Origin: an uncultured Gemmataceae bacterium
Lineage (GTDB): Bacteria; Planctomycetota; Planctomycetia; Gemmatales; Gemmataceae
Length of the DNA: 64,000 nt
Direction: 5' to 3'
NCBI GenBank assembly: GCA_963750165.1
Contig: CAVVPN010000004.1
Location: 832,001 to 896,000, forward strand
The notes beneath the pieces were generated by a model that saw only the letters and a list, made by a program, of their open reading frames with translations, was not told the DNA's origin and ran no database searches. Of the stretch, positions 56,255-64,000 are shown in pieces. Each line of letters starts with the position of its first letter. Within the stretch, counting starts at the first letter, position 1. A program made the position numbers and the translations under genes.

Positions 56255-59200
56255 TCAACCGACCGGCGTCGTGCGGTCGTAGAACTCCGCCGTGGTCAGC
56301 AGGTCCGTGAACATGGTGGCGTCCGGCGTCCCATGCTGGAAGAGGCCAGCCCAGTAACTGAGTTCGGCCGCTGTCGGCGACCGGCTCAGCCAGTTCGTGT
56401 AGACGCCGCCCATCAACTGGTTGATGTACTCGCTCGGCGCCAGCAGAATACTCAGGGCGGTTGCCGCGCGGGCGGCGTCGGTGGTGCCGAGCTGGGCGGC
56501 CCAGCTGCTCTGCTCCGTCGGGCTGGCGGATCGGCCCAGGCCGTATTGATACACCAGGTTCACCCACTGCGTCTTGCTGCTCGCGGCCTTCGTGCCGAAG
56601 AACTCCGTCGAGCCCAGCAGCGCCGCCTTGAACTGCTCCACCGTCGTGCCGCTGTTCAACGCCGTCAGCCAGGCGCTCACCTGGTCGCTGCTGGCGGCGT
56701 GGCCGAGAATCTGCTGGAACGTCGTCTGGATCACGTCCGTTTTGTACTCCGTGCTGTTCACCAGGCCGACCAGGAAGGCGTTGCGCTGCACGGCGAAACC
56801 GTTGAGCACGAAGGTGTCGTGGCCAGCGAGGCCGGCAGCATCGGCCGGGCGATGCAGCACATCCTGGTAGACGCGCTGCACCCAGCTGTTGACGCTGTTG
56901 CCGGCCCGCAGGAAATACTCGGCACTGCTCAGAATCTGGGCCGCCACAATCTGTCGCGGCTGTGTGGCCAATTCGCCGGCGAAGGTGCTCAGCTCGGTCG
57001 CCGTCGGGGAGCGCCCCAGGAAGGTGGTGAAGTAACCGCTGACCAGATCGGCGCGGTACTCCGGCCCCTGCGTAATCAGGTACGCGACATTGGTGAACGT
57101 GGCTGGCTGCGCCGCGTTGAGCAGCGGCAGCAGGCTGCTCAGAGCGCCGGCGTCCGCCGGGCGGCCGAGCAGGCCCTGGAACACGGCGCCCAGCCAGGCC
57201 GTCGGCGTGCCGCCGCTGTGGCTGATACTCTCAGGGCTGCCGATGATGTCCGCCAGCATCCGCTCCACCGAACTGGCCTGCGCCACCGCGTACCAACCAT
57301 TCACGTCGCTCGTCGCCGCCGACCGGCCCAGGTAGGTTGTGAAGGCGCCCTGGATCAGCTGGCCAACGTACTCTTCCGACGTGAGGAAGCTGCTTGCGTC
57401 CGCGGCCAGCGCGGCGGTCAGTGCCGGGGCCATGCCGTTGTACGCATTGACGTAACTCGCCGCGTCCGGCGTGTGGCCCAGCAACGCCACGTAGCTGTTG
57501 TTGATGAAGTTGCCCAGGTCGCTGAATTCGTTGTCCGCCACGTCCGCGACTGCCGTCGGCTGGCCGCCCAGCGTCGCGCCGGTCGGGTTGCTCAGTGTCA
57601 GGTTGATCGTCTTGACCGCCAGGCCCGCGGTGGTGTTGTCGTGCAGCGTGACCTGAACCGTCGCGCTCGTCTGGCCGGGCGCGAAGGTGACGAGGGTGCC
57701 GCCCGCGGCGTAATCTGTGCCCGGTGTCGCGGTGCCGCCGCCGGCGTTTACCGTCACCGTCGTGATGCCGTTGGCCTTGCCGCCGCGCGTCACGCTGACG
57801 GTAACGGCGGGGTCGTTCTCGTAGGCGTAGAAGGTCGGGGCCGCGAACTGCACCGTCGCTGGCCCGACCTCGTAGGCGCCCAGGTCCGGGGCGCCGTCGT
57901 TGCGCGGCCGGTTGTCGCGGTCCACCGTGACGCCCACGTTGGCGCCGGCGTCGATGGCCGGCGAAGTCGCCTGCAAATGGTAGTCCTCGGCGGGGGCGCC
58001 CGGGGACACGAAGAAGACGTTGGCGACCGCCAGGCTCGGGTTGTAGCCGTTGATGTTGCCGCCGCTCATGCTGCCGGGGCCGGAGGTCGTCGTGTTCGGG
58101 GCGGTGTTGGCGGCGAACATGACCCTGGTCAGGTTGACGGTGCTGCCGGCGAACGCCTGCACCGCCCCATTGCTCGTCGGGCTGGCGTTGTTGGCGATGA
58201 TGCTGTACGAGAGATTGGCCGTCGTCGAACCAGTCGGCGTGCCCGTCGCGATCAACAGCAGCGCGTTGCCGTAATACAGGTTCTTGCCGAGGTTGTTGCT
58301 GGCGATGGTTGAGTAGTAGATTGTCGTCGGCTCGCCCTGGATGAACAGGCCGCCGCCGCCGCCGCCCAGCCCGGGGTCGCCGCCGCCAACGAACTCCACG
58401 GTGTTGTCCGCCACCACGGTGTCGATCAGCGTGGCCGTCTGCGGCGCCGCCTGCAGGCGCTCCAGGTACAGGCCGCCGCCGAACGCGCTGCCCGCGTAAG
58501 CGTTGGTGCCGACGCCGCCGCGCGCGTGGTTGCCGATGACGCTGACGCGGTTCAGGGCGATGCTGCCCTCGGTCGCGGCGATGCCGCCGCCGCCGGCGTT
58601 GCCGCCGTTGAGGCCGGTGCCGCCCTGGGCGATGTTGGCCGTCAACGCCGCGTCGGCCAGGTTCAGCGCCGCGCCTTCGACGTAGAAGCCGCCGCCGTAA
58701 CCACCGCCGCCGTAGTTCTTCGACGTACCGCCCAGCGCCAGGTTGCTCGTGGCCGTGACGCCGTCCAGGTTGACGCTGCTCTGCAACTGAAGAGCGGCGG
58801 CGCCGCCCAGGCCGTCGGCGCGTTCTCCGTCGCTGGTCTGGCCGCCGCCGGCGCCGCTGCCGCCGGTCGCGACGTTGCTGGTGAAAACGACGGGCCCGGC
58901 AGAATAGACGTTGGTGTGGTCGGTGTCCAGACCGCCGCCCAGGGCGGCGCCACCGCGCACCGCCCCCTGGCCGCCGCGCGCCTGGTTACCGGTGAACGTC
59001 ACTGTGTCCAGCACGACCGTGGCCGCGTAGCGCACCGCCAGGCCGCCGCCGACGCCGCCGCCGCCGTACGCGCCCGTGGAGTTCTCGCCCATCGCCACGT
59101 TGTTGCGGAAGATCACGTCGCGGAACGTCTGCACCACGGGCTGGTCCTGCTGGTCGCCGAGGTCGATGAAGGCGCCGCCGCCGAAGCCGAAAATGGCGCC

Positions 59201-59734
59201 GTCGCCGGTCTGCTTCGGGTTGCCACGGGCCAGGCCGTTCTGGATCGTGACGTTCTCCAGCGTGACCCCGGCCGCGGCGCCGGTGCTGGTGCCGAGCACC
59301 AGCAGACCGCGGTGCGTGCCCTGGCCGTCCAGGATGGTCGGGTTGGCCGTCGCGTTGGGGGGCTGGCTCCAGTTGGCGGCGTTGTAACCGCCCAGGATCG
59401 TCACCTGCTTGTTGAGCACCACCGCCACGGCGGTGGCGCCGAGGCTGGCGCTGCTCACGTCGGCGGCGGCGTTGTAGGCGTAGGTGCCGGCCGCGACCTC
59501 GATGGTGTCGCCACTGGCCGCCGCCCGGTTCAGCGCGTACTGGATCGAGGCGAAGGGGTTCGCGGCGCCGCCGTGCCCCGCCGCATCGGCGCCACCGGGG
59601 GCGACGAAGTAGACGGCCGGCACCGTGCGGTCTTCCAAACGTTCCAACGTCAGACGGGTCAGCTGGGGACGGGTCAGCTGCGCGGGGCGGGGATGGCGAC
59701 GCCAGAATCCGTTCCAACTACGCAGAAAGGCCAT
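56255..59734 (-). CDS. Large surface protein: beta-helix, Calx-beta and DUF4214-like repeats
   Basis: LERLEDRTVPA motif, N.A.GG..GGG repeats, DYHL..SPAIDAG, TA..GTDY..VTFAPG, repeated Y...LGR..D/S.EY. Confidence 0.88.
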   Translation of the reverse strand: MAFLRSWNGFWRRHPRPAQLTRPQLTRLTLERLEDRTVPAVYFVAPGGADAAGHGGAANPFASIQYALNRAAASGDTIEVAAGTYAYNAAADVSSASLGATAVAVVLNKQVTILGGYNAANWSQPPNATANPTILDGQGTHRGLLVLGTSTGAAAGVTLENVTIQNGLARGNPKQTGDGAIFGFGGGAFIDLGDQQDQPVVQTFRDVIFRNNVAMGENSTGAYGGGGVGGGLAVRYAATVVLDTVTFTGNQARGGQGAVRGGAALGGGLDTDHTNVYSAGPVVFTSNVATGGSGAGGGQTSDGERADGLGGAAALQLQSSVNLDGVTATSNLALGGTSKNYGGGGYGGGFYVEGAALNLADAALTANIAQGGTGLNGGNAGGGGIAATEGSIALNRVSVIGNHARGGVGTNAYAGSAFGGGLYLERLQAAPQTATLIDTVVADNTVEFVGGGDPGLGGGGGGLFIQGEPTTIYYSTIASNNLGKNLYYGNALLLIATGTPTGSTTANLSYSIIANNASPTSNGAVQAFAGSTVNLTRVMFAANTAPNTTTSGPGSMSGGNINGYNPSLAVANVFFVSPGAPAEDYHLQATSPAIDAGANVGVTVDRDNRPRNDGAPDLGAYEVGPATVQFAAPTFYAYENDPAVTVSVTRGGKANGITTVTVNAGGGTATPGTDYAAGGTLVTFAPGQTSATVQVTLHDNTTAGLAVKTINLTLSNPTGATLGGQPTAVADVADNEFSDLGNFINNSYVALLGHTPDAASYVNAYNGMAPALTAALAADASSFLTSEEYVGQLIQGAFTTYLGRSAATSDVNGWYAVAQASSVERMLADIIGSPESISHSGGTPTAWLGAVFQGLLGRPADAGALSSLLPLLNAAQPATFTNVAYLITQGPEYRADLVSGYFTTFLGRSPTATELSTFAGELATQPRQIVAAQILSSAEYFLRAGNSVNSWVQRVYQDVLHRPADAAGLAGHDTFVLNGFAVQRNAFLVGLVNSTEYKTDVIQTTFQQILGHAASSDQVSAWLTALNSGTTVEQFKAALLGSTEFFGTKAASSKTQWVNLVYQYGLGRSASPTEQSSWAAQLGTTDAARAATALSILLAPSEYINQLMGGVYTNWLSRSPTAAELSYWAGLFQHGTPDATMFTDLLTTAEFYDRTTPVG

Positions 59735-59774
59735 GAACCAAACTCCTTCGGCGACGAACCGCCAATCCGGTCTT

Positions 59775-59822
59775 TCTGCCGCTTGCGGCTTAGCGCGCTT
59801 CCGCCAAGCCGCAAGCGGCAGA
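59775..59822. repeat. REP-like palindrome (GCCGCTTGCGGCTTAGCG family)
   Basis: Inverted repeat; half copy at 28519-28540, variant at 51468-51520. Confidence 0.7.
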
Positions 59823-60388
59823 AAAGCAGGTTCGCTTGCCGCGCCACCGTGCGTGGCAAGCCCCGGCCGCAACAAAGAACCACGTCCGCTCCGATTGCAC
59901 AAGGCGGTTTTCCCGACCCCCTGCCGGCCTTGCCCAGCTTCCCCAACCCGGGAGCTGACCGCGAAAAAACCAGGAAAAACGCGGTCGCCAGCTCCTCCGT
60001 TCGTGGACGCCCGTATAATCCCCGTGACGAGCGCGAGGGCCACCTGCACGAGTTGGATTTTGTTGCCCCGGTCGCTGGCTCAACCTAAACTTCGGCATGG
60101 AAACAGGTGGACAACACCTCCCCCCTCGACCCCTCTTCAGGGATGTCGAGGCCGCCGGAGGGACTCGGCCCGGCGCTCATCCCAAATGGTGCTGTTCCCT
60201 TCACCCGGGCAGACCGTGCCCGCGCTTGCGTGGCGCGGCGGTTGCCTCGACAATGGCAGTCCCCCCAACGCCATGGTAAAATGATGCTGTCACCACGGAC
60301 GCGGTGGCGTCGGCCGTGTGCCGCCGCGCGAGTGTGTACCGCCCGGCGTCTGCTCCCGGTCGCGCCGCCGGCGCTACAGGAGAGTCCC

Positions 60389-62026
60389 TTGAACCGCTCA
60401 CGTCACCCCTCGCGTTTCTGGCCCGCGGTCGAAGAACTCGAATCCCGGCTGGTGCCGTCCGGCGACCCGACGCCCTACGAGCAGTTGCTGCTGGAGGAAC
60501 TCAACGACGCCCGCGCCAACCCGGCCGCCTACGGGGCCGCGATCGGCCTGAACCTGTCGAGCGTGGCGCCGTCGCAGCCGTTGGCGTTCGACCCGCGCAT
60601 GGTGGCGGCGGCGGAGTATCACTCGCAGGACATGAACGCCAATGCCTACTTCGCGCACACGTCGCCAGACGGCGCCACCCCCGGCGACCGGTTGACCGCC
60701 TACGGCTTTCCCTGGCTGAGCTACGGTGAGAGCATCGCCGCGGGCTACCCGAACACGGCCGCGGCGCTGGAGGGCCTGATTATCGACACCGGTGTGCCGG
60801 ACCTGGGGCACCGCGTCCAGTTACTGGCGATGACCTCCGAATTCCAGAGCCAGCAGGAGGTCGGCATCGGCGTGGTGCTGGGCGGCACCGGGCCGTACCA
60901 GAATTACTTCACGATCGACACGGCGGTGACCAATGACACGCAGCCGTTCCTGACGGGCGTGGTCTTCAACGATGCCAACCACAACGGCAAGTACGACGTG
61001 GGCGAGGGGCTGGGCGGCGTGACGGTGAGCGTGGCGGGCGTCGCCTCGACGACGACCTTCACCGCCGGCGGCTACAGTTTGCAGCTGCCGCCGGGTGCGT
61101 ACCAGGTGACGTTCAGCGGCCCGGGGCTGCCGTCGGCGATCACGCGGGCGGTGGCGCTGGGCACGCAAAACGTGCGGCTGGAGATCACGCCCTCGACGCC
61201 CTCCGTCGAGACGGCGGCGCAGGAAGCCGCCTGGGTGGCGCAGCAGTATCAGACACTGCTGCACCGCGCCGGCAGCCAGGCGGAGATCAACGCCTGGGTG
61301 AACGTGCTGCTGGCCGGCGCGCCGCAGTCCAGCGTAACCGCCGCGTTTCTGGCATCGACGGAGTTCGCCAACGTGAGCGCCGCATGGGTGCGGCAGCAGT
61401 ACACCGATCTGCTGAAGCGTCCGGCGAACGCCACCGAGGTCAACGCCTGGGTGGCCGACATGCAGCAGGGCACGCCGGCGGAGCAGGTGTCGGCCACGAT
61501 TGTGGGCAGCCTGGAGTATCAGCGGTTGCAGTGGGGTCAGTGGGTCACGCAGGCGTATCAACAACTGCTGAAGCGCAATCCAAACGCCAGCGAGGTGACC
61601 AGCTGGACGAACGCCCTGCAGGCCGGCACGACGCGCGCCGCCATGACGGCGGCGATCGCGGCCAGCCCGGAGTACGCCGCGGACCTGGGCGGTGGCGGCC
61701 TCTCAATCTGGCTGTCCGCCGTCTATGGCGATTTGCTGGGCCGCGGCGCCACGGCGAGCGACCTGGCCGCCTGGGGACCGATGTTGCAGGGCGGGGCGTC
61801 GAAGTACAGTGTCGCGCAGTTGATCGCGCAGAGCCCGGAGTTCCTGTCCGACCAGGCGCGGCCATATGTGCAGGGGCTGTATCAGCGACTGCTGGGCCGC
61901 AGCGGCAGCAGCGCCGAGGTATCGGGCTGGGTGAACGCGATGATGGCGGGCCTGACGCCGGAAGTCGTGGCGGTCAACTTCGTGCTCAGCAACGAGTATT
62001 ATCAGCGGGCGCTGCGGAATGCGTGA
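60389..62026 (+). CDS. Surface protein: CAP domain, SdrD-B-like domain and DUF4214-like repeats
   Basis: VEELESRLVPS, HSQDM..YFAH, GHR, VFNDANHNGKYDVGEGL, Y..LL.R repeats; TTG start after GGAG. Confidence 0.88.
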   Translation: MNRSRHPSRFWPAVEELESRLVPSGDPTPYEQLLLEELNDARANPAAYGAAIGLNLSSVAPSQPLAFDPRMVAAAEYHSQDMNANAYFAHTSPDGATPGDRLTAYGFPWLSYGESIAAGYPNTAAALEGLIIDTGVPDLGHRVQLLAMTSEFQSQQEVGIGVVLGGTGPYQNYFTIDTAVTNDTQPFLTGVVFNDANHNGKYDVGEGLGGVTVSVAGVASTTTFTAGGYSLQLPPGAYQVTFSGPGLPSAITRAVALGTQNVRLEITPSTPSVETAAQEAAWVAQQYQTLLHRAGSQAEINAWVNVLLAGAPQSSVTAAFLASTEFANVSAAWVRQQYTDLLKRPANATEVNAWVADMQQGTPAEQVSATIVGSLEYQRLQWGQWVTQAYQQLLKRNPNASEVTSWTNALQAGTTRAAMTAAIAASPEYAADLGGGGLSIWLSAVYGDLLGRGATASDLAAWGPMLQGGASKYSVAQLIAQSPEFLSDQARPYVQGLYQRLLGRSGSSAEVSGWVNAMMAGLTPEVVAVNFVLSNEYYQRALRNA

Positions 62027-63233
62027 GCGCTGCCGGACAAGATCTATCCCCTTTTACGTTTCGCGCGCCCGAACAGCGCGAAACGTAAAGGGGACACCAA
62101 ACAATCAACCGCCGTCCCCAGCGAATGCCCGGTTGTTCCACGTAACGGTAAACCAACTCCACGACCGGCAGCCACACCAGCACGGCCATCGCCGCGCGGA
62201 GCCCGACGGCCCCGTGATCCGGGACCAGCAGTTCCGCCAGTGCCAGGCCCGGCACGTGCAGCAGGTAGATGCCATAACTGCGGCTGCCGAGGTAGAGCAG
62301 CACCCGGTCGTAAACTCGGTGGACGTACAGCAGCTGCCGGTCCAGGCTCGCCAGGCCCACCACCACGAAGAAGCACCCGCCACAGGCCGCCATCACCACG
62401 AGGTAGCCCGGCGTCCGCGGCACGCGCTGGATGTGCTGCAACGTGAAGCACGTCATCAGGCCGAATGGCACGAGCAGGCAGGAGTACAGGACAGCGCGCT
62501 GCACCGGGCGCGGCCAGTGAGTCGGGGCGAAGTGCTGGCGCGTGGCGTAAAACAGCGCCACGCCCAGAACGACGAAATCAAAGGACCAGGCGGCGGGGTA
62601 GCTCAGGGCCGCGGGCGTCAGCCGGCGCAGCGGCCCCCACACCAGGGCCAGGCGCAGGCCGAACGCGATGACCGCGTACAGGCCGAGGAAGCACGTCAAC
62701 TGCGGCCGCACATGGCCCCGACAGAGCCGGCCCAGCAGCAGCACCAGCGCCGGGGCGATGAGGTAAAACTGCTCCTCCACCGACAGGCTCCACGCCACGC
62801 CGTGGCAGCGGATCGGCGGCCGCGTGGCGGCCGCCACGTTGTAGACGCCCAGCAGAATGGCGGGCCACTGTTCCAGCAAATCCGGCCAGGGGTGTGACTC
62901 GCCCGCGGTCACGGCGTTGGCCAGGGCCGCCGCGGCGAAGAAAACGAGCAAGGTCGGCCACAGCCGGGCGACGCGCCGCAGGTAGAACTGCCACAGACTG
63001 CCGCCGCCGACGTGGAAGGAGCGAATGACCACGTAACCGCTGATGACGAAGAACAGCTGGACGCCCAGCCAGAACGGCACCTGACGGCGATCCAGGCCGC
63101 AGTGCGCCAGCCCGTCCCCAGCCAAATGGGCCGTCAGGTCGGTGTGGGCGCAGAGTACGGCGAGGATGGCGTAACCGCGCAGACGCTCGATGTCCAGGAT
63201 GCGGCCGCGTCCTTGCTCGACCCGCGCTGCCAT
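61986..63233 (-). CDS. Acyltransferase family 3 (O-acyltransferase)
   Basis: LRG.AIL.V, GVQLFFVISGY, RRVARLWP, WSLSVEEQFY, SYGIYLLH, YRYVEQP. Confidence 0.92.
   Translation of the reverse strand: MAARVEQGRGRILDIERLRGYAILAVLCAHTDLTAHLAGDGLAHCGLDRRQVPFWLGVQLFFVISGYVVIRSFHVGGGSLWQFYLRRVARLWPTLLVFFAAAALANAVTAGESHPWPDLLEQWPAILLGVYNVAAATRPPIRCHGVAWSLSVEEQFYLIAPALVLLLGRLCRGHVRPQLTCFLGLYAVIAFGLRLALVWGPLRRLTPAALSYPAAWSFDFVVLGVALFYATRQHFAPTHWPRPVQRAVLYSCLLVPFGLMTCFTLQHIQRVPRTPGYLVVMAACGGCFFVVVGLASLDRQLLYVHRVYDRVLLYLGSRSYGIYLLHVPGLALAELLVPDHGAVGLRAAMAVLVWLPVVELVYRYVEQPGIRWGRRLIVWCPLYVSRCSGARNVKGDRSCPAALTHSAAPADNTRC
62047..62094. repeat. REP-like hairpin (TTTACGTTTCGCG family)
   Basis: TCCCCTTTTACGTTTCGCG ... 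CGCGAAACGTAAAGGGGA; partial copies near 29891 and 55045. Confidence 0.65.
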
Positions 63234-63308
63234 CCGACAGGACTCCCGTTCCTGAGGTGCCGGCGATAGAACAACCGGTATCTGTTACCCATGACGGAAG
63301 GGGCGCTC

Positions 63309-63779
63309 ATGGACTGGTGGGGCTGGCTCGGTGCGGTGGGGCTGCTGGCCGGCTTGCTGGCGCTGGCGTGGCGGCCGCTGCGTCGCTTCGGCAGGGCCGT
63401 CCACCTGGAGCGCGCCCGCGAGTCGTTTCGGTTACAGCGGCCGCGGCTGGAGGAGCTGTTTCTGCAAGCGGCGGCCGCGTCGGGCAAGCCCCGCGGCCTG
63501 CGCTGGAAGGCGTGCGACTGGGAGCCGGGCGTCGAATTCGCCCGCGAGCGCGCCACCGGCCAGATCGCGGCCCTGGTCGGCGTCACCATTCAGTTCGAGG
63601 CCGTCGAGGGCGGCGACATGGAAGGGCTGCCGGCCGTGGGCAACCTGCGTAACGCCTCGGGGGTGTTCTTCTTCCAGGGCGGCCACTGGCACACGGTCGG
63701 CAAGGCCGTGTTCAACATGAACCCCAACGAGGCCATCGAGCATTTCCGGCAGCAGTACGAGCGCATCGACGCCACCTGA
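63309..63779 (+). CDS. Membrane-anchored hypothetical protein
   Basis: N-terminal TM, GKPRGLRW.CDW, FEAVEGGDME, FNMNP.E. Confidence 0.75.
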   Translation: MDWWGWLGAVGLLAGLLALAWRPLRRFGRAVHLERARESFRLQRPRLEELFLQAAAASGKPRGLRWKACDWEPGVEFARERATGQIAALVGVTIQFEAVEGGDMEGLPAVGNLRNASGVFFFQGGHWHTVGKAVFNMNPNEAIEHFRQQYERIDAT

Positions 63780-63875
63780 GCCCGGGCCGCAGGTTAATCC
63801 CCGGGCGGCAAAGAAAAAAGACGAAACCGCGCGGCCGCGCGGTGACTCTGGTTGGTGCGGCTCGTCCGGTCTTCA

Positions 63876-63934
63876 TCGTGGGGCAGACATTCCTGTCTGC
63901 CAGTCCCTCGGCAGACAGGAATGTCTGCCCCACG
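63876..63934. repeat. REP-like palindrome, second copy
   Basis: TCGTGGGGCAGACATTCCTGTCTGCC ... GGCAGACAGGAATGTCTGCCCCACGA. Confidence 0.85.
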
Positions 63935-64000
63935 ACCAGGACGGTGGACCCGTAGCAATCCGGTCGCCGACGTGGCACAATGGCAGAACGCCGGCGACTT

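Noticed and set aside
59735..60388. Riboswitch in long intergenic regions (also 1217-1533)
   Set aside because: No recognisable aptamer consensus by eye; an Rfam scan would be needed.

Overview
High-GC bacterial chromosomal window, most consistent with Planctomycetota (Gemmataceae-like): DUF1501, LEPRxLL-type export motifs, an ECF sigma/Ser-Thr kinase pair, Uma2 genes and many REP-like palindromes. Housekeeping genes (argH, gyrA, hmgA, maf, queC, yggS, rny, ymdB, def) alternate with accessory islets. About nine otherwise intact genes carry single frameshifts, mostly 2-bp contractions of (GC)n runs, which look like long-read assembly errors. Most notable: (1) a stand-alone fusion of a uracil-DNA-glycosylase-like domain with altered catalytic residues and an R-S-E ADP-ribosyltransferase, a candidate uracil-DNA-sensing defence protein; (2) a compact operon (GMC oxidoreductase, divergent PS decarboxylase, Rossmann/FAD-oxidase fusion, tandem class III aminotransferase, Mpo1-like protein) suggesting an uncharacterised lipid-modification pathway; (3) a dispersed (TTGGCCCCC)3 repeat element; (4) a probable 6S-like RNA upstream of rny. 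No rRNA, tRNA or CRISPR array was seen. All calls come from reading motifs by eye; no searches were run.
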